Notes: generated by a model not told the origin, from the sequence alone. Positions 36,561 to 50,168 are shown, counted from the first letter of the whole stretch. The stretch is DNA of 58,621 nucleotides, filler included, from Sphacelaria rigidula (GCA_964200075.2; 6 parts of 6 records of this genome joined end to end with filler, not necessarily neighbours in it), one strand, 5' to 3'. Program-made: numbers and translations.

Positions 36561-38856
36561 TTCCCCGGATCCTCCCACCATGAGATCCAGACTCTGGTTT
36601 TTCCGGAAGGAAACATTTTTACTGTGTAGCCGCAGTTGGACCCGGGGGAGGACCGGATATACTTTGTTATCAATGTTTTGGAGCATTGTACGCTACATTA
36701 GCACACAGAGCACGTGCATGGCAAACATCTTATCACTCGTGCCCAAGAGTTTCCCTCATGATCGGCATATTCTACGCGTGACCGGATCATTATCAGGACA
36801 CTTCCAAAACTCGTGTATTGTAAATGGCTGCCGAGATAGCCCCCCTCCGAACCGGCCAAAAACGTGCACGGAGGCGCTGATCGTAGATGCCGTTAGAGCT
36901 GGTTTCGTGCTTCACGACGCAACTCACTTGGGCGTTATAGCTGATTTCGAACCGCTACAAGCCTTTCATGTGGGCGGAATTTCTGCAAACGAGCCCAATA
37001 GTGGGATCGCAGCCCGTTTGTCGTACGATCTCCTGTGCACTTCTTGTGGGGGGGCTATCTCGGCATTAGTCAAATATACATTATTACGTATGTTATAAAA
37101 ACCTTTGTCTGAATGTTACGCGTGATTGGGATTGGTTTTTGCGGGATACATGCTTGTCTTCGTCCCGCGCCCGTGTTCTTGGTTCGGTTCGGAAGTGGTC
37201 ACGTAAGATTTTCACATTTGCCGCCTGGTTCAAAAATGGCCTTGAGAGAATTGCGCCCGTCCACAAATGGCGTTATGAAAGTTGTCCTACGCGTTGAAAG
37301 TATTGAAAAATGTCTTCGAGTTGAATCCTATGCTCGACTGTAATCGTTGACCTCGACTCCCCCCCCATCCCCTTTGTCCCAGCGTCTTACGGCTTTAGAG
37401 CGGGGTGAGAGAGGATCACCCTTGGTTGAAATATCTCCGCGGGCGCGGAATCGTTGTACATGTATATTCTTCGTGAGTATCGGAATGTTGGAATTCCTGT
37501 ACTCAACGGCGAGAGGCGAGATCTCATGCATCCTGCCGGTACCTGTTGCCCTTGGTTGTCTGCTCCAAAGCACTTCTGGCATGATTTGTCCAATAAAACA
37601 TGGCAGCATGCTCTGTATTCCTTTTTTATTATTCGCATTTCAACCCTGTACACCACGACACACCAGCCCCACGATGCATGATCACACTTCAGACTTTCGT
37701 CCGCTATTTTTACACGACTTTGCTGTGTATCGTAACTCACCAGGTGTTCTTGAATGAATTCGTCGGGTCGGTTGGCTGCCCAGAGACCCAGCTCAAGGGG
37801 ATCTTTCATTGAGCTTCTCGTAGCCTCCCGCAAGCACCGCCCCGCTCGCACTGATTTCAACTACAACACCGTGTCGCGTTGACGTGGGGGGAGGGCGGGG
37901 TGTACTCATGATCTTGCATGCCGTAGTCATAAGACCATCGGCATTGCATCCCTACAAAGCCGGGACAGAGTGCGCCGGCTTTTTGACACAACAGGCCAGG
38001 TTTTCGACGGATCACGCTCGCAATCACCAAGCACGAAGCGTCGTGATGTTGTCAGTGAGCTGCATCCTGCTAAGATTGTTCGGCTCGAAGTGTACTAATA
38101 ATCGTGCAATGCACGACAGCCTGCAATGAATTTCTTCATTTTCTGGTATCGCCACTTCCAGAGACAGTCACGGGTTGCACACCACCTTATGGATGTCTCA
38201 CCATATAAACACTACGTAGCATGATCTTTTTCTTTGCGCGGAGTTCAGGTTCTCCATCCCGTACAATGTGATCTAGCTCGGCCACACCCATGAAAAACTA
38301 AAAAAAGATTAAACCAACAAAAATCGTTAATCTGATTGCCTAGCTTACGCAGTAAGCGGCGTGTTTTACAGCGGCGTTGCCGACCGACTCCGATCCTCAA
38401 GAGGGATGGGAGGAAATTTCTATCGCTGCGGATCGTTGCGGTATTCAACAAGTACGATTCCTTCACTCGCTGGCCAGAAGGTGAAGCAAATGAAGAATAC
38501 CAAGTGATCACTGTGAATCTAAAGCGAAAATCAAACGACCAACATCCTCGGAAACACGAATGCATTGGTAGTATCCTCGAAGACATGTGATCCCTCTAAA
38601 CAACTACATATGTGTGACGATAATCTACGCCAAACCCTAGTGACGAGCGATTTCAGTCATCATTGGATCATTCGGTGTTGACATCCGTGACTGCTTCATC
38701 ATATTGGCAGATGACTCATATTTACGACGTACTGGCAGTTCTCTCACGACGGCCCCCCGTCCGCTCATGGAAATTTCAAACGATTTCGGGTGGAAGTTTC
38801 GGTCATCACGTCGAACCGGAGCGTTCACAAACATATGGAAAATCAGTTCAAAATGG

Positions 38857-39049
38857 CAAGGGTCGGACAAATCAATGATTCGTCTGGACATTACTTGCTT
38901 TTAGTGTCATTGATTCGAACCGTACGAATCAATTCCTAGGCTTTGTTTCCAGCGTTGCAACCCAGGTACACGCAGTCCAGACACGTGGAATGGCACAAAC
39001 GTTGCGTGGCTACCCCTTGGATCAGCGGTCACCTTTTTTCTCCCTTTTG
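38857..39049 (-). mobile_element. hAT-like MITE, second copy (truncated by the gap)
   Basis: Starts CAAGGGTCGGACAAA; inverted homolog of 39530-39724. Confidence 0.75.
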
Positions 39050-39149
39050 NNNNNNNNNNNNNNNNNNNNNNNNNNNNNNNNNNNNNNNNNNNNTTAATTA
39101 ATTAANNNNNNNNNNNNNNNNNNNNNNNNNNNNNNNNNNNNNNNNNNNN
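39050..39149. other. Assembly spacer
   Basis: N44-TTAATTAATTAA-N44. Confidence 0.97.
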
Positions 39150-39363
39150 GTGGGGAAAGCACTGTTTTAGGGTTGAACCTCATCTCGGAGTTAAATCTCA
39201 ATTCGCGCAATTTGTTGTTATGCATGAAAAGAATGCTTTGGTTTTCATTTTATTCGTGGACCATGGACTATGGGTCTCTCAGAACCTGTATTTACTGAAA
39301 AGCGAGGAATATTCCCACGTAACACCTATCACCCACCAGCCAAATAAGCTGTATAGCGCGGCC

Positions 39364-41614
39364 AACACGCGGCCCGTATTCGGCTACCTGTGGAGGATTT
39401 TGTAAAACGAAACCCTACCTAGTGTCCGTTTTAAAATGCCCTCTAGAGGATATTGGGCATTTGTAATCACGGTTAAGACAAATCATCACGACTCAAAATC
39501 ACCAAATTCGCGTTTTCTTCGGCCTGATTGCCCAAAAGGGAGACAAAAGTTGATCGCTGGTCCAAGGGGTATCCACGCGACTTTTGCGCCATTCCACGTG
39601 TCTGGGCTGCGTGTAACTGGGTTGCAACGCGCTGAAATAAAGCCTAGGTATTGATTCGTCACGAGTCGACTCATGATACTAAAACTAAGCAATTTCCAGA
39701 CGAATCAGGTTTGTCCGACCCTTGTTTGTAATCCTCTAGAGGCTTCTCAAGGTTGGGGTCTCCCTCGAAGGTCTGCGTCAGTATCGAAATCGTTTGGATT
39801 GTTTTGGAAGGCACGCGCATGCTGTGGGAAACACAATTTGTTCAGCCTCTGCTGTTCGAAATAAATCCTTCATGCCCGACGTCGGGAATAAAGGATTTCT
39901 TTCGAACAGCAGAGGCTGAACAAATCCCATATACACTGGTAGGTGGAATTTGTAAAGCAAATAAAGCTGTTCGAAACAAATCTGCCTTTTCCCCATCGAT
40001 TCATCCTGTAATTGGGCAAAGAAAAACGTATTTACGAGCAGCTTCTGCTGTTCAAATCCCACATACGAGTGTGTGTCCACACGGCCGCGCTGTACAGCTT
40101 TAGCCTGTGCGGATGTGGTGCACCGGGGGGGAAATACCTCGCTATTCTATGGATACAGGTTCTCAAAACCCCGTAGTCCATGGTCTACGAGTAGAATGAA
40201 AACCGCGAAACATTTGTTTCATGCATGCACTTTGATATGACGATCACAACGAGAATAAGCACGCGGTTTGGTGCTGTATATACTGGACTGTACAATACCG
40301 TACAGGACAGTACTGTATGTTGTGCTTAAACACGTACGGTGCAATATACTGCAGAGTCATAGCGTGTCATATGGGCTACGTATGGCTATACAGAGTGGAT
40401 TCCTGTAATTCTGCGTACATGGGGGTGTTATATACCGTCAGCTACTGCAGTATCGACCACGACGCGTGTTCTTGCAGCATGCGCACAACTGCCGTCAGTA
40501 GGACGTGAAAGGGAAGTGGACAAAGTACAGTACAGACAGCGCAGGACTATATGTGTTTTCTGATTACAGCGAGACGTGAAAATGACTTGAACAGCGTGCG
40601 TAGCTTTGCCTAAGGCTGCACCACTGTCCATGATCACTCGAGTGTGTAGGCAGTAAGCCGGTTATTCCCCGCACCCTATGTACCCTGCGTGGTTCCGCCG
40701 CCGCGCCTGTGCCCAACCCGTGCTCGTGCCTGCAGTTGTGGTGGTAGCTGGAAATAAGTGTTGTGCGGGGTTCGCATGGTTCGATCTGTGAACGCGGCGG
40801 GTGATAAAGTACCACAAGATTGCTGGGGTATGCATTTCACAGCAGCAGCGATATGGTCATATATAATATATCGAACTGATTCGGGAAACTCGAGGAGTAC
40901 TCACTGGAGCATTAGATGCCCTCCAGAGTATTCGTTGATATCCATTGCCGAGGGATGAAACACCCCTACAGCATATTCAGACCTCAGAAGTCACTGGAGC
41001 ATCAGATGCCCTCCAGAGGATTCGTTTATGTCCATTCCAGAGGGATGAAATACCTCTAGAGGGTATTTCACCGTCCAGAGGGTCATTTACCCTCCAGAGG
41101 ATGAAAATCACACGATAGAATATTTTCAAACAGGAGCCGAATGGCCGCGTGTGCCGTGTGGACATACACTCGTATATAGGACTTGAACAGCAGAAGCTAC
41201 TTGTAGACATTTTCTTTCTTTGCTCAATTACAGGATGAATTGATGGGCAAAAACCAGATTTATTTCGGACCGCTTTTGCTTGACAAATTCCACCTACCAA
41301 TGTAGATGGGATTTGTACAGCCTCTGCTGTTCGAAATAAATCATTTGTACCCGACGTTGCATCGGGCATGAAGGATATGATATTTCGAACAGCAGAGGTT
41401 GTCCAAATTGCGTTTTCCATAGCATGCGCGTGCCTTCAAAAACAACCCAGACGATTTCGATACTGACGCAGACCTTCGAGGGAGACCCTAACCTTGAAAA
41501 CCCTCCAGAGGATTACAAATGCCCAATATCCTCTGGAGGGCAGCTTAAAACGGACGCTAGGTAGGGTTTCGTTTTACAAATCCCTCTACAGGTAGCCGAA
41601 TGGCCGCGTGTGTA
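39364..41614. mobile_element. Foldback element of the CACACG family with ~460-bp inverted arms
   Basis: 39364-40085 (minus the insert) is the reverse complement of 41154-41612; the right end is ccgaatggccgcgtgtg|TA. Confidence 0.82.
39468..39724 (+). mobile_element. 257-bp hAT-like MITE with 8-bp TSD TTTGTAAT
   Basis: TTTGTAAT at 39460-39467 and 39725-39732; TIRs CACGGTTAAGACAAA / TTTGTCCGACCCTTG; the empty site is visible in the opposite foldback arm. Confidence 0.85.
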
Positions 41615-42149
41615 GCAGTTGTGCCTCCAAAAACAATCCAGGGGATTTCAATATCGACACAGACCTTTGAGGGCCCCAACATTGAAAATCCTCTAGAGGA
41701 TTACGAATACCCAAGATCCTCTGAGAGGGATCTCAAAACGGACGGAACCGAGGATGACGTTTGGGAATTACTTTACGAGGTATCCGAATGGCCGCGTGCG
41801 CCCCCTGAATATGGCGCAATAGATGTTCATTGTTCAATTGCGCAAAGAGCTATTTGTACAGCTTAACCATCGCGAGTTGCAATGGATCCATCGACAACAA
41901 TGAAAATACGTCTCCACCTGCATACCCCTTTCCGCGAGCAGACCAATTTGATGCGAGAAAACTGCACGAATTACAAGCGACGTCATATGTACATCCAACA
42001 TAAACTGACGTTTCAAATTTTGTCGTGTAGAAAAACCAACATTCACTCCAACGAAGGCGCTCATGGATACTAAAAACATCGTACAACGCGTTTGCTAGTA
42101 AAACAATAACCAGACACACAGGAAATCTCACTTCCTACTTCGTACAACA

Positions 42150-42813
42150 TTACACTATATATATATATATGAATGAGCAACCCGGACGCGCTCACGGAAT
42201 TGCAACGGACAACCTAAACCCCGGATACTCTGACAGTCAAAGGCGACATCAGTGATGATCGTCGCTGGCCAAGAAAGTGTCGGACGAGCCCTCCCCGCCA
42301 AAAGCGGCAAAGTGATAAATAAATCCAAACGTGATGCCCACGCGAAATAGCGCTCGAGGAGACGCTTCTTGTGACTCACTTCTACGGGGACCTCAAAAGG
42401 CGTTTATGTTTATTCTTCCAGCAATGCTCTACTCGACCTGCCCTTGAAATATACACATCGAGAGGTGACACCAACTTCCTCAGCGGAGTAAACCAAGAGT
42501 GTGACGCCGTTGGCGGATCAGGTTGGTCACCCCGCGACCAAACGTCGAAATTAGCTACAGTATAGCACCGATCGCGTCAAGCCGAAGATGTTCCTGATCC
42601 TCCTCTGATTAGTGTGCCTTCACCAACAAGGATCGGGCTTGATAAAGTGGGATAATACGCCGACTATGATGGGCGTACAAACTCCACACTTCCATCGACC
42701 TCTCCGACTGGCGCGGCTCCCACAAGCTGAGGGCACGATTCCCGCTTACATGGCGGTTGGGCCAACCGTAGGCATCGGTGTGGTGGGCGCGGGTGTAGGT
42801 AGAGGAGGTACAT
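42150..42813 (-). pseudogene. Most decayed third copy (C) of the PTPAPT exon cassette
   Basis: ctgcag|AT GTA CCT.. = (D)VPPLPTPAPTTPMPT; upstream 42814-43070 is homologous to 46264-46520. Confidence 0.45.
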
Positions 42814-43170
42814 CTGCAGGGGGAAATGTTGTAACGGGCGAGGTGAAGCAGAGGAAGACGTGCAAAGGTGACGGTGGCAGTGGCAAGACACGGTGATCAT
42901 CTCAGGGCGGAATGTAACGCCAACGCGTTGCTCGCAAAGGTGGTGGCCATGCTGTGGCAGAGAAGTGGCTTTGTAGACAGAAAATGTTCAAGTCACCACA
43001 TGGCATAAGACCGACGACCGCTGTAGGTGGCGAACGATATCCACAAACTTGGCTGCGTTCTCGACACTTGATAGCATACATTCACTTCTTGTGCATATTA
43101 TATCAAAACGTCGGGATTTGAAACACCATGAGCTTTGCTAAATCTGTGTGGGGTGCACAGTTTGTTGAAC

Positions 43171-43658
43171 TGAGGCCGGATGTTATGGCACACGGATTTT
43201 TGGCCGACGGATCGTTCACTTTTGGGACGGTTGACCTCCTTTTTGACCCCCAAACAGGGAAAATCGCCAACACGCGTCTTGGACACTTCGCATCACCCCA
43301 CAGAAGGGAGCCTAGCCCACTTTTCAGATTCGCTTGGCTCCAAGGTTTCGAGATTGGCCGCTGGACAAACATTCGTGTGAAAAAATCTGTGCTTGCCGAC
43401 CCCCGCCAGTTTGCCCAATAATCTGTAGAGATCGCCTCAGATGTTGTTGCACACGGATTTTGGTTCAGCGGCCAATCTCGAAACCTTGCAGCCAAGCGAA
43501 TCTTAAAAGTGGGCTAGGCTCCCCTCTGTGGGGCGGTGCAAAGCGTCTAATACGTGTGTTGGCGATTTCCCCTGTTTGGGGATCGAAAAGTGGCTTAAAC
43601 GCCGTAAAAGTGAACAATCCGTGGGCCAAAAATCTGTGTGCCATAACATCCGGCCTGA
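43171..43658. repeat. Hairpin with ~220-bp arms (probable MITE interior)
   Basis: ccggatgttatggcacac..aaggtttcgagattggccgctg versus cagcggccaatctcgaaacctt..gtgtgccataacatccgg; a possible piggyBac-like GGG|TTAA end at ~43763-43769. Confidence 0.8.
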
Positions 43659-44929
43659 AACAGAAGAACACCGTCGGTGGCAAGCGATATTCTACACGCG
43701 TTTTCTGCGCTCATGACACCCCATTCCGTTCTGCTCTGATATCGAGCCCCTGACAACGAAGTGGGTTAAAAAAAAGGCGGCTGCAATTTCGAGAATATAA
43801 AAGTCTCCAGGCTGGGCACTGCCTTGAACCTTAAGAAGGCTGACCCTCCCTTCTTCTGCCTATCCAGGCTTGAGATGTCAAGGCCAACGAATCGCGGCAC
43901 TGCAATAGCACAGCAGCAGCACAATACTGTAGAAGAAACCTCCCCTCATACCCCCCCCCCATTGTGGTGATGAAACTGTTTTCTCTTCTGAAAGGCTCTT
44001 CTCAACGTAAAATTCGAGGTGGACTCGTTGGAACACAATGTGCGAAATGGAAAAGTGCGGTTTCCCGCTCGCATACTGTAGAAGGAGATATGGTAAGGCT
44101 GAACCTGCTTCTGGTTTCTCGCCGGAGGGACGATACTGTACTTCTGTTGCGGGTTGTTACAAAACCTCGGAATATGAGAAATAGTGAACTTTGCCACACC
44201 TGTTCGAGAGCACGGATGGTTGACCTGAGGCAAAAAAGGCCAGGGCTAAGCTACGACACTACAAGAGAAGACGCCTGGCGGGCGTATCATGAGGACCGTG
44301 CTGCATGCCCTTCGACACTTCATTGCACAGAACTTGACCATCAACAAATAGAAGTGCATGCCCCTGTGTACATGGACTGTTCTCCACGAATTCGATGGCC
44401 GTACAGTTGCCGCACTGCTCTATCACCGTCGTGAGCATTTTTGGAGCTGTCGATACCGTACAACGCATTCAAGAGTAGCACGGAGGGAGTACCAAACAGA
44501 ACTTGCGCTGAGGTCGATCTCTGCTTGAGCGTCAGTCGTTGCTTCTGGTCAATGTGGAGATTGCGTCGATCAAGGGACGTACTCGGTGGAGAAACCGCAG
44601 CGCGATCTTCGCCCGGCATCCTCCTGGTCCGAAAAATATATTAGCTGAAACGTATACCGCACAGTGAGAAGTTGCGAATTGAACATAAAAAGAACAAAAC
44701 CAATTACGCTATGATGACACGAATGCGCACAGGCCCCTCGCGAAGGCTGATCCTGCGGTGTATTCCACGTAATGAAGCGCACTTTACGAAACCTCAGTGG
44801 AGGGCGCGTTTTTGGTAGACGGTGGCATCAGTGCTGGGAGCTGAGCCGCGAAAACCAGCGTAACCGATCGCTGGGTTCAGTAATGCACACGTATTCACTT
44901 TTGTCGTTCTTATGCATATATATATATAT

Positions 44930-46263
44930 ATATATAGCCTAGCTCACAATGCCGGTGCTTACATGGGTTGAAGATGCACTCGATCAGAATCACGCAGAAC
45001 GGAGTGGGACATATGATCAAGATCCCAAAGGCCGGAGTCCAGACGGGCAACAAGGTCGGAGCCGTGACCGGAGTGTTGCCGACGAAAACCGAGTTGACAA
45101 GCACGTTCAGCCAGTAGAACCCGAATCCGCTGACGCCAGTGATCCGGGAAAAGTTGATGTAGAACTGGTTGAGGAAGACAGTGAGGCCGAGATGCATACC
45201 GACGGAAGAGGTCAGCGGCGATCAGTCCAGCAAGGTTCCGTGTTGATTTTGGTTGTGGGTGTCGTTGTCGTCGTTGACGGAGTACCTTAAAGCACCGCAC
45301 TTTTCATTACGCATCAGTGCTACTGGAATAGTACGTGCTACCGAATATTACGGTGTGCTCTGGCGTTGGGGCGCAACTTGCATGGCTTTTCAATTTTGCG
45401 ACGCGCTCATCTTATCTCAACCAAACTTCACCCAACCCGTTCACCCAGTCGGACCCAGCCACCCACAAACTAGAACACTCATTCGCACGCCGTGGTATCC
45501 AAAGTGGATATACATTCCGGGAGTGGGTACATTTTGGCCCCGATAGCTCGCTCCTCACACAATCGATTTCTTCGGGTGCGATGCGCATCCCAAGCAGCGA
45601 GAGCAGGACAAGACAAGAAAGAGGCAACCACAGACTCGGACACGTATCGCGTCGCCAGTGGGAGGGCATGTATGTAGGTTGGCAATGAGGCAACAGATCG
45701 GAATGTTGTGGAGAGACAGTGATCACATTCCAATACAGCGGCAAGGGTGAGGACTTGAATTGTTGCGTACATCGTGCATCCCTGTGCTTTTGATGTCACA
45801 GTACGAAGCGAATAACGCGTCGTACCTTGGCTAAGGTGTGAATTGCATGTCCTACCGTGATTCGAATGAGCTGTGGCGCGGCACTCGTCCGATTGCGGGC
45901 AACGAACGCATCAGCTCCTTATTATGCAGTCACATCATTCATCGCTAGATCCCGCGGCGTCTGAAATCGCACTCACCGCACGAAGGCCCTGCAAATCGCG
46001 ACCGTCGCCACGGAGCCATTGCTGTCCATCGAGTGCCTCCATCAACTGTCGCCGATCCGCCGGCGTTACGGTGGCAATGACGTTGCCCGCTGGCTGATTG
46101 GTGTCCTGTTCAACCACCTGTAGCGATATCTCCCCCTGATCTTGAGCTGCGTTTTCCAGGTCATCATACCCCATAGTTACCGCGGCGACTGTTGTGTTAA
46201 CCCCCTGAGGCAGGGTAGGTGGCGAAGTGATCGCGGCGGTTGGTGCAGGTGTAGGCGCTGCAT
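44930..46263 (-). pseudogene. Second copy (B) of the WSC-gene C-terminal cassette, with nonsense codons
   Basis: AAPTPAPT..RRQLMEALDGQQWLRGDGRDLQ..DE*CDC..; last exon FGFYWLNVLVNSVFVGNTP..PVW..CK. Differences from copy A fall mostly at minus-strand third codon positions. Confidence 0.7.
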
Positions 46264-47180
46264 CTGCAGGGACCAGTGTCGTGATAGAGGCAAGGCAGCA
46301 GAGGATGACGCGCAAAAATGACAACGGCAATTGTAGGACTCCGTGGTCATCTCAGGACGGGATGTATCGGCACCACATTACCTGCAGATCCATCTGTTGC
46401 TCATGCCGTGGCAGAGACGTAGCCGTGGAGACACAAAAAGTTGGCCAGACCATAGCATGGCGCCGACGAACGCCGCCGGCATTTCACGATGTTCTACACA
46501 TTTTGCTGCGCTCATGAGACCGCGCCGTGCAGCTATTTCTTCTGCCAGATATTACAACAATCTGCTTGAAAAATCGTGAACTATACCAAGGGGTTCGGTG
46601 CACAACTCGTTGACCCGAGGCACAAAGACTAAGCTACGAGACTACCGGAGGAAACGCCTAGACGTGTTGTGAAAACCGTGCTGCATGTGCACCGATATTT
46701 CATTACACAAGGATTAGCTATCAACATGTGGGCGTATCTGGCCTCAGATACATGGGCTGCGTTTCATAAATTGGTTGGTCCTGTGCTTGCGGTACTGCTC
46801 CTTCGCCGTGCTTAGAAGTTTCATAACTGTACATCCCGTACAACGTATCCAAGATTGGTGTGAAGGGCGTAACGAACTGAGCGTGCGCTGAGTTCGATCG
46901 CTGCTCAAGTATCCGCCCCAGCTCGGGATCAATGTGAAGATTGCCTCAATCGAGGGACCTACTCGGGCGAGCGATCGCACACTACGCGCTGGTCCTTCGC
47001 GGCGGTCGCTGCTACGGTGTATACTACGCGTTGGGCCACACATTTCAAAATCTCAGTTGGGAGAATGTTGTTGGTCCACGGCAGGCACCGGTCCTACTTG
47101 CTAGTCCACGAAAACCATGGGCACCAATCGCTCCGTTCGTGAGTCACATTTCCACTTCCACTCGATGGTGATGTTATCAT

Positions 47181-48444
47181 TCATGTTCCACCTGGCCCAT
47201 GAAACCGGTTCTTACATGGAGTGAAGAAGGCCCTAACCTCGACCAGGCATTGGGTGCTGGAACATGTGACAGAGATGACGTAGGGCGGGGACCAGACGGG
47301 GAACGCAACAGCGGGCGTGGTCGGAGTGTTGCCGACGAAGACCGAGTTGACATCTACGCCGATCCAGTAGTATCCAAACTGAGACATGCCCTCGATTCCA
47401 GCAAATGCTAGCTCAAACTGGCGAAGCAAGGTAGCAATACGCGGGTGCACAGCAGCGGAATAGATCAGCGGCCATGAATTGATCAAGCTCAGGTGTTGAC
47501 AATGGTGGGCGTAGCACTCCCTATCAGCGACATACTGGGACCACTGAGCTCATGCAAGCGGGTTGGCGCGAGAAGACACCACGTTTCACAGACCGGGTCG
47601 TCCATTCATAAGCCAAAGCACACACAACTAAACAGGCAAACGGGTAGTAGGCTTAGTTTGGTTCCGGTAGGCTTCATTTTACAAACGTATCGCGTTTGTG
47701 GTACTATGTGTGCGCACCAAGTGGACATTACAGCATTATACCGATATACGGATCGACAGGGATCGATACCCTATCGTCAGCTGGATTTAGCAGATAAGAT
47801 CGGCGTCGAGTAAAGACATCAAAATATTGGAGGTATACGGTGGCCGATTCTGTGTTCAGAGCAGTCCACGTCGCATCTTCCCGCAGGCACAGATCACGTG
47901 TTTTACGTTGTTTCGAGCAAGCTGTGTTTGTGCACTCGTGAGGTGGTGGCCAATCGACGTACGAGATCTCCACCGTAAGGTCACATCCTTTCTTGCTACA
48001 GCTCGTGGGTTCTGGAAACATACTCACTGTACTTGAGGTCTGCAAATCGCGGCTGTCGCCGCGGAGTCCTTGCTGCCCGTCGACCGCTTCCATCATCTGT
48101 CGCCGACGCGCCATCGTCACAGTCACAATGACAGACCCCACTATTTCGTTGGTTACTGCGTCCCTCACGACCAGGTTGAACTCGCCACCATCCCTGGCCG
48201 CCGTGAGCAGATCCTGATAACTCATTCTGGCCAGAGCGATGGCGGCTCCCCCCGTGAGAGGGGTAGGTGCATGAGTGGGCGCTAAGGTAGTTGGCGCCGG
48301 GGTGGGAGCCGCACTGGCGGGGAACGGGTATATTTCAAAGGCGAAGGTACCGCCGCACGTGAGTGAGGAGTCTCCTCTACAAGGTGAGTCGCAGACGCCC
48401 ATACCGTGTATGTCATAGACGGTGCCCGCCTCGCCACACCAGCA
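47181..48444 (-). CDS. WSC-domain extracellular/cell-wall protein, 3' exons (copy A); 5' part lost in the gap
   Basis: cag|CWCGEAGTVYDIHGMGVCDSPCRGDSSLTCGGTFAFEIY (C-terminal half of WSC), PTPAPT linker, LRGDSRDLQ motif and a Cys-rich segment; last exon ~47520-47181. Confidence 0.72.
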
Positions 48445-48835
48445 CTGTATCATGGAAATGGCGTGAAGGCGATGGCGCGGAGATCGCACACAACGTTAGG
48501 ATCATGGGAAAAGATGGGAAGTCGAGCGGAGGGGAGTCGGAGTGAACTCGTGGCCAACAACCGTTCCCGTTCTACGATGATCCATCTACGCCGACATCTG
48601 CTAGTAGCAGAGACAACACAAACACGCATACAAGCGGGCTCGTGCTCACCTCCAATCCGTACTGTACCGCGTAGTACCGGAAAGGGGTCGAAGCTGAAGC
48701 GCAGGCAGCATAGCACACCTGCGATAAGAGGAGCCGTCGCGCGTTGCTGTGGTCAGAGTCATGCTATGATAGGGGGGGGGGGGGGGGGGGGGGGGGCGCC
48801 AGTGTGGCTGGGCGTGGGGGGGGGGGGGGGGGGGG

Positions 48836-48935
48836 NNNNNNNNNNNNNNNNNNNNNNNNNNNNNNNNNNNNNNNNNNNNTTAATTAATTAANNNNNNNNN
48901 NNNNNNNNNNNNNNNNNNNNNNNNNNNNNNNNNNN
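48836..48935. other. Assembly spacer
   Basis: N44-TTAATTAATTAA-N44. Confidence 0.97.
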
Positions 48936-50168
48936 CCGGGTTCTCATCCTCAATCAAAAGCACCATCCTCAACATAGATGATTGGCTGTTCAGAAAACGT
49001 TTTTTTTCACCCCGAAATCGAGGCAAAAGAGTGCTTTTGCACATACCCTTCAAGAGAACGGAAGACTATAGAAATCCCCCGAAATAGTTTCAGGGAGGTC
49101 GGGAGGAATAAGGTCGTCCGTATGAAAACCATTTCTGGGGAAATTCGGTCAGGGAAAACACGATTTTTGAGTCGAACCTCATTTTTTTCAACCTCATTTT
49201 CAATAATCCACTGTTGTTGACTCATTTTCTTGACTCATTTTCGAGAATCTACTGTTGACTGATGGTATACGCTGAGATATCCGCCAGGTAACGCGCATCA
49301 TCTGCTTGAGATTAAAGCGATATATATACTGAACTGACTTCGTGGGGGTTGGACATGTAACGACACTGTTTTCATGAGATTGCGAGTAGAATACATTTAC
49401 TGAGAATGGGTTTCATCCTTCGCTTTATTGAGTTGAGCATTTTTTAGGTATGTATTTACTTTCCTTTGCATGCAACACTGGTGCCGTGTGCTTACAGCTA
49501 CACATCCATCGAGATAGGATATCAAGGCTTCATTCAGTGGTAGGTACGCTTGTATAGAAAGCGCATCGAACCTCGTAGAGGGGCATTTCGGAACTGAAAC
49601 AATACATTCATTAATTGACCACTTCTCACTCTCAATCGTATCCTCTATTACTTTCAATCTCACGAAAACATCGCCATGCCAGGTTTTTGTGCTCACAAGG
49701 GTTATTTCTGCTGCCCAATCCATTTATTTCCAGCAAAGGTGCATACGTACATATCACATATTTCGCAATCAGCTTCTCAGATAGGTAGGTGCTGCGCTGT
49801 TGCGCTGGCGCACCAGCTGCATGGTCTAGAAACGAGGAGACTCCTGGCGCCACAATCGCTAATTTTGTCGCGGCATTGTTTTCGCCTGCGGCGAACAATT
49901 GTGTGCGGTATGATCCAAGTTAAAGCAGGCCTAAACAATCGGGTCTCCTGTTCTCGCCCAAGTGGTCGAATAGGTTACACACGTGGCCATTCGGCTACCC
50001 TCTAGAGGATTTTCCAAATGTTATCCTCAGTTCCGTCCGTTTTGAAGTCCCCACGAGAGGATCTTGGGTATATTCGCAATCCTCGAGATGATTTTTAATG
50101 TTGGGGCCCTCGGAGGTCTGTGCTGTGTGTCGAGATTATCACCCCCTGGATTGTTTTTGAGGGCACAA

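Noticed and set aside
44341-44619. Indel-free conserved frame shared with 46720-46960 as a coding exon
   Set aside because: The substitution pattern does not favour one frame and stops occur, so coding status cannot be supported.
44949-45290. Plus-strand ORFs 44949-45290 and 47199-47411 as paralogous genes
   Set aside because: Substitutions between the copies are synonymous on the minus strand, so these are antisense shadows.
46264-46330. Apparent signal peptide MPLSFLRVILCCLAS..
   Set aside because: It starts at TTG after an in-frame stop; better explained as a pyrimidine-rich intron end with a ctgcag acceptor.
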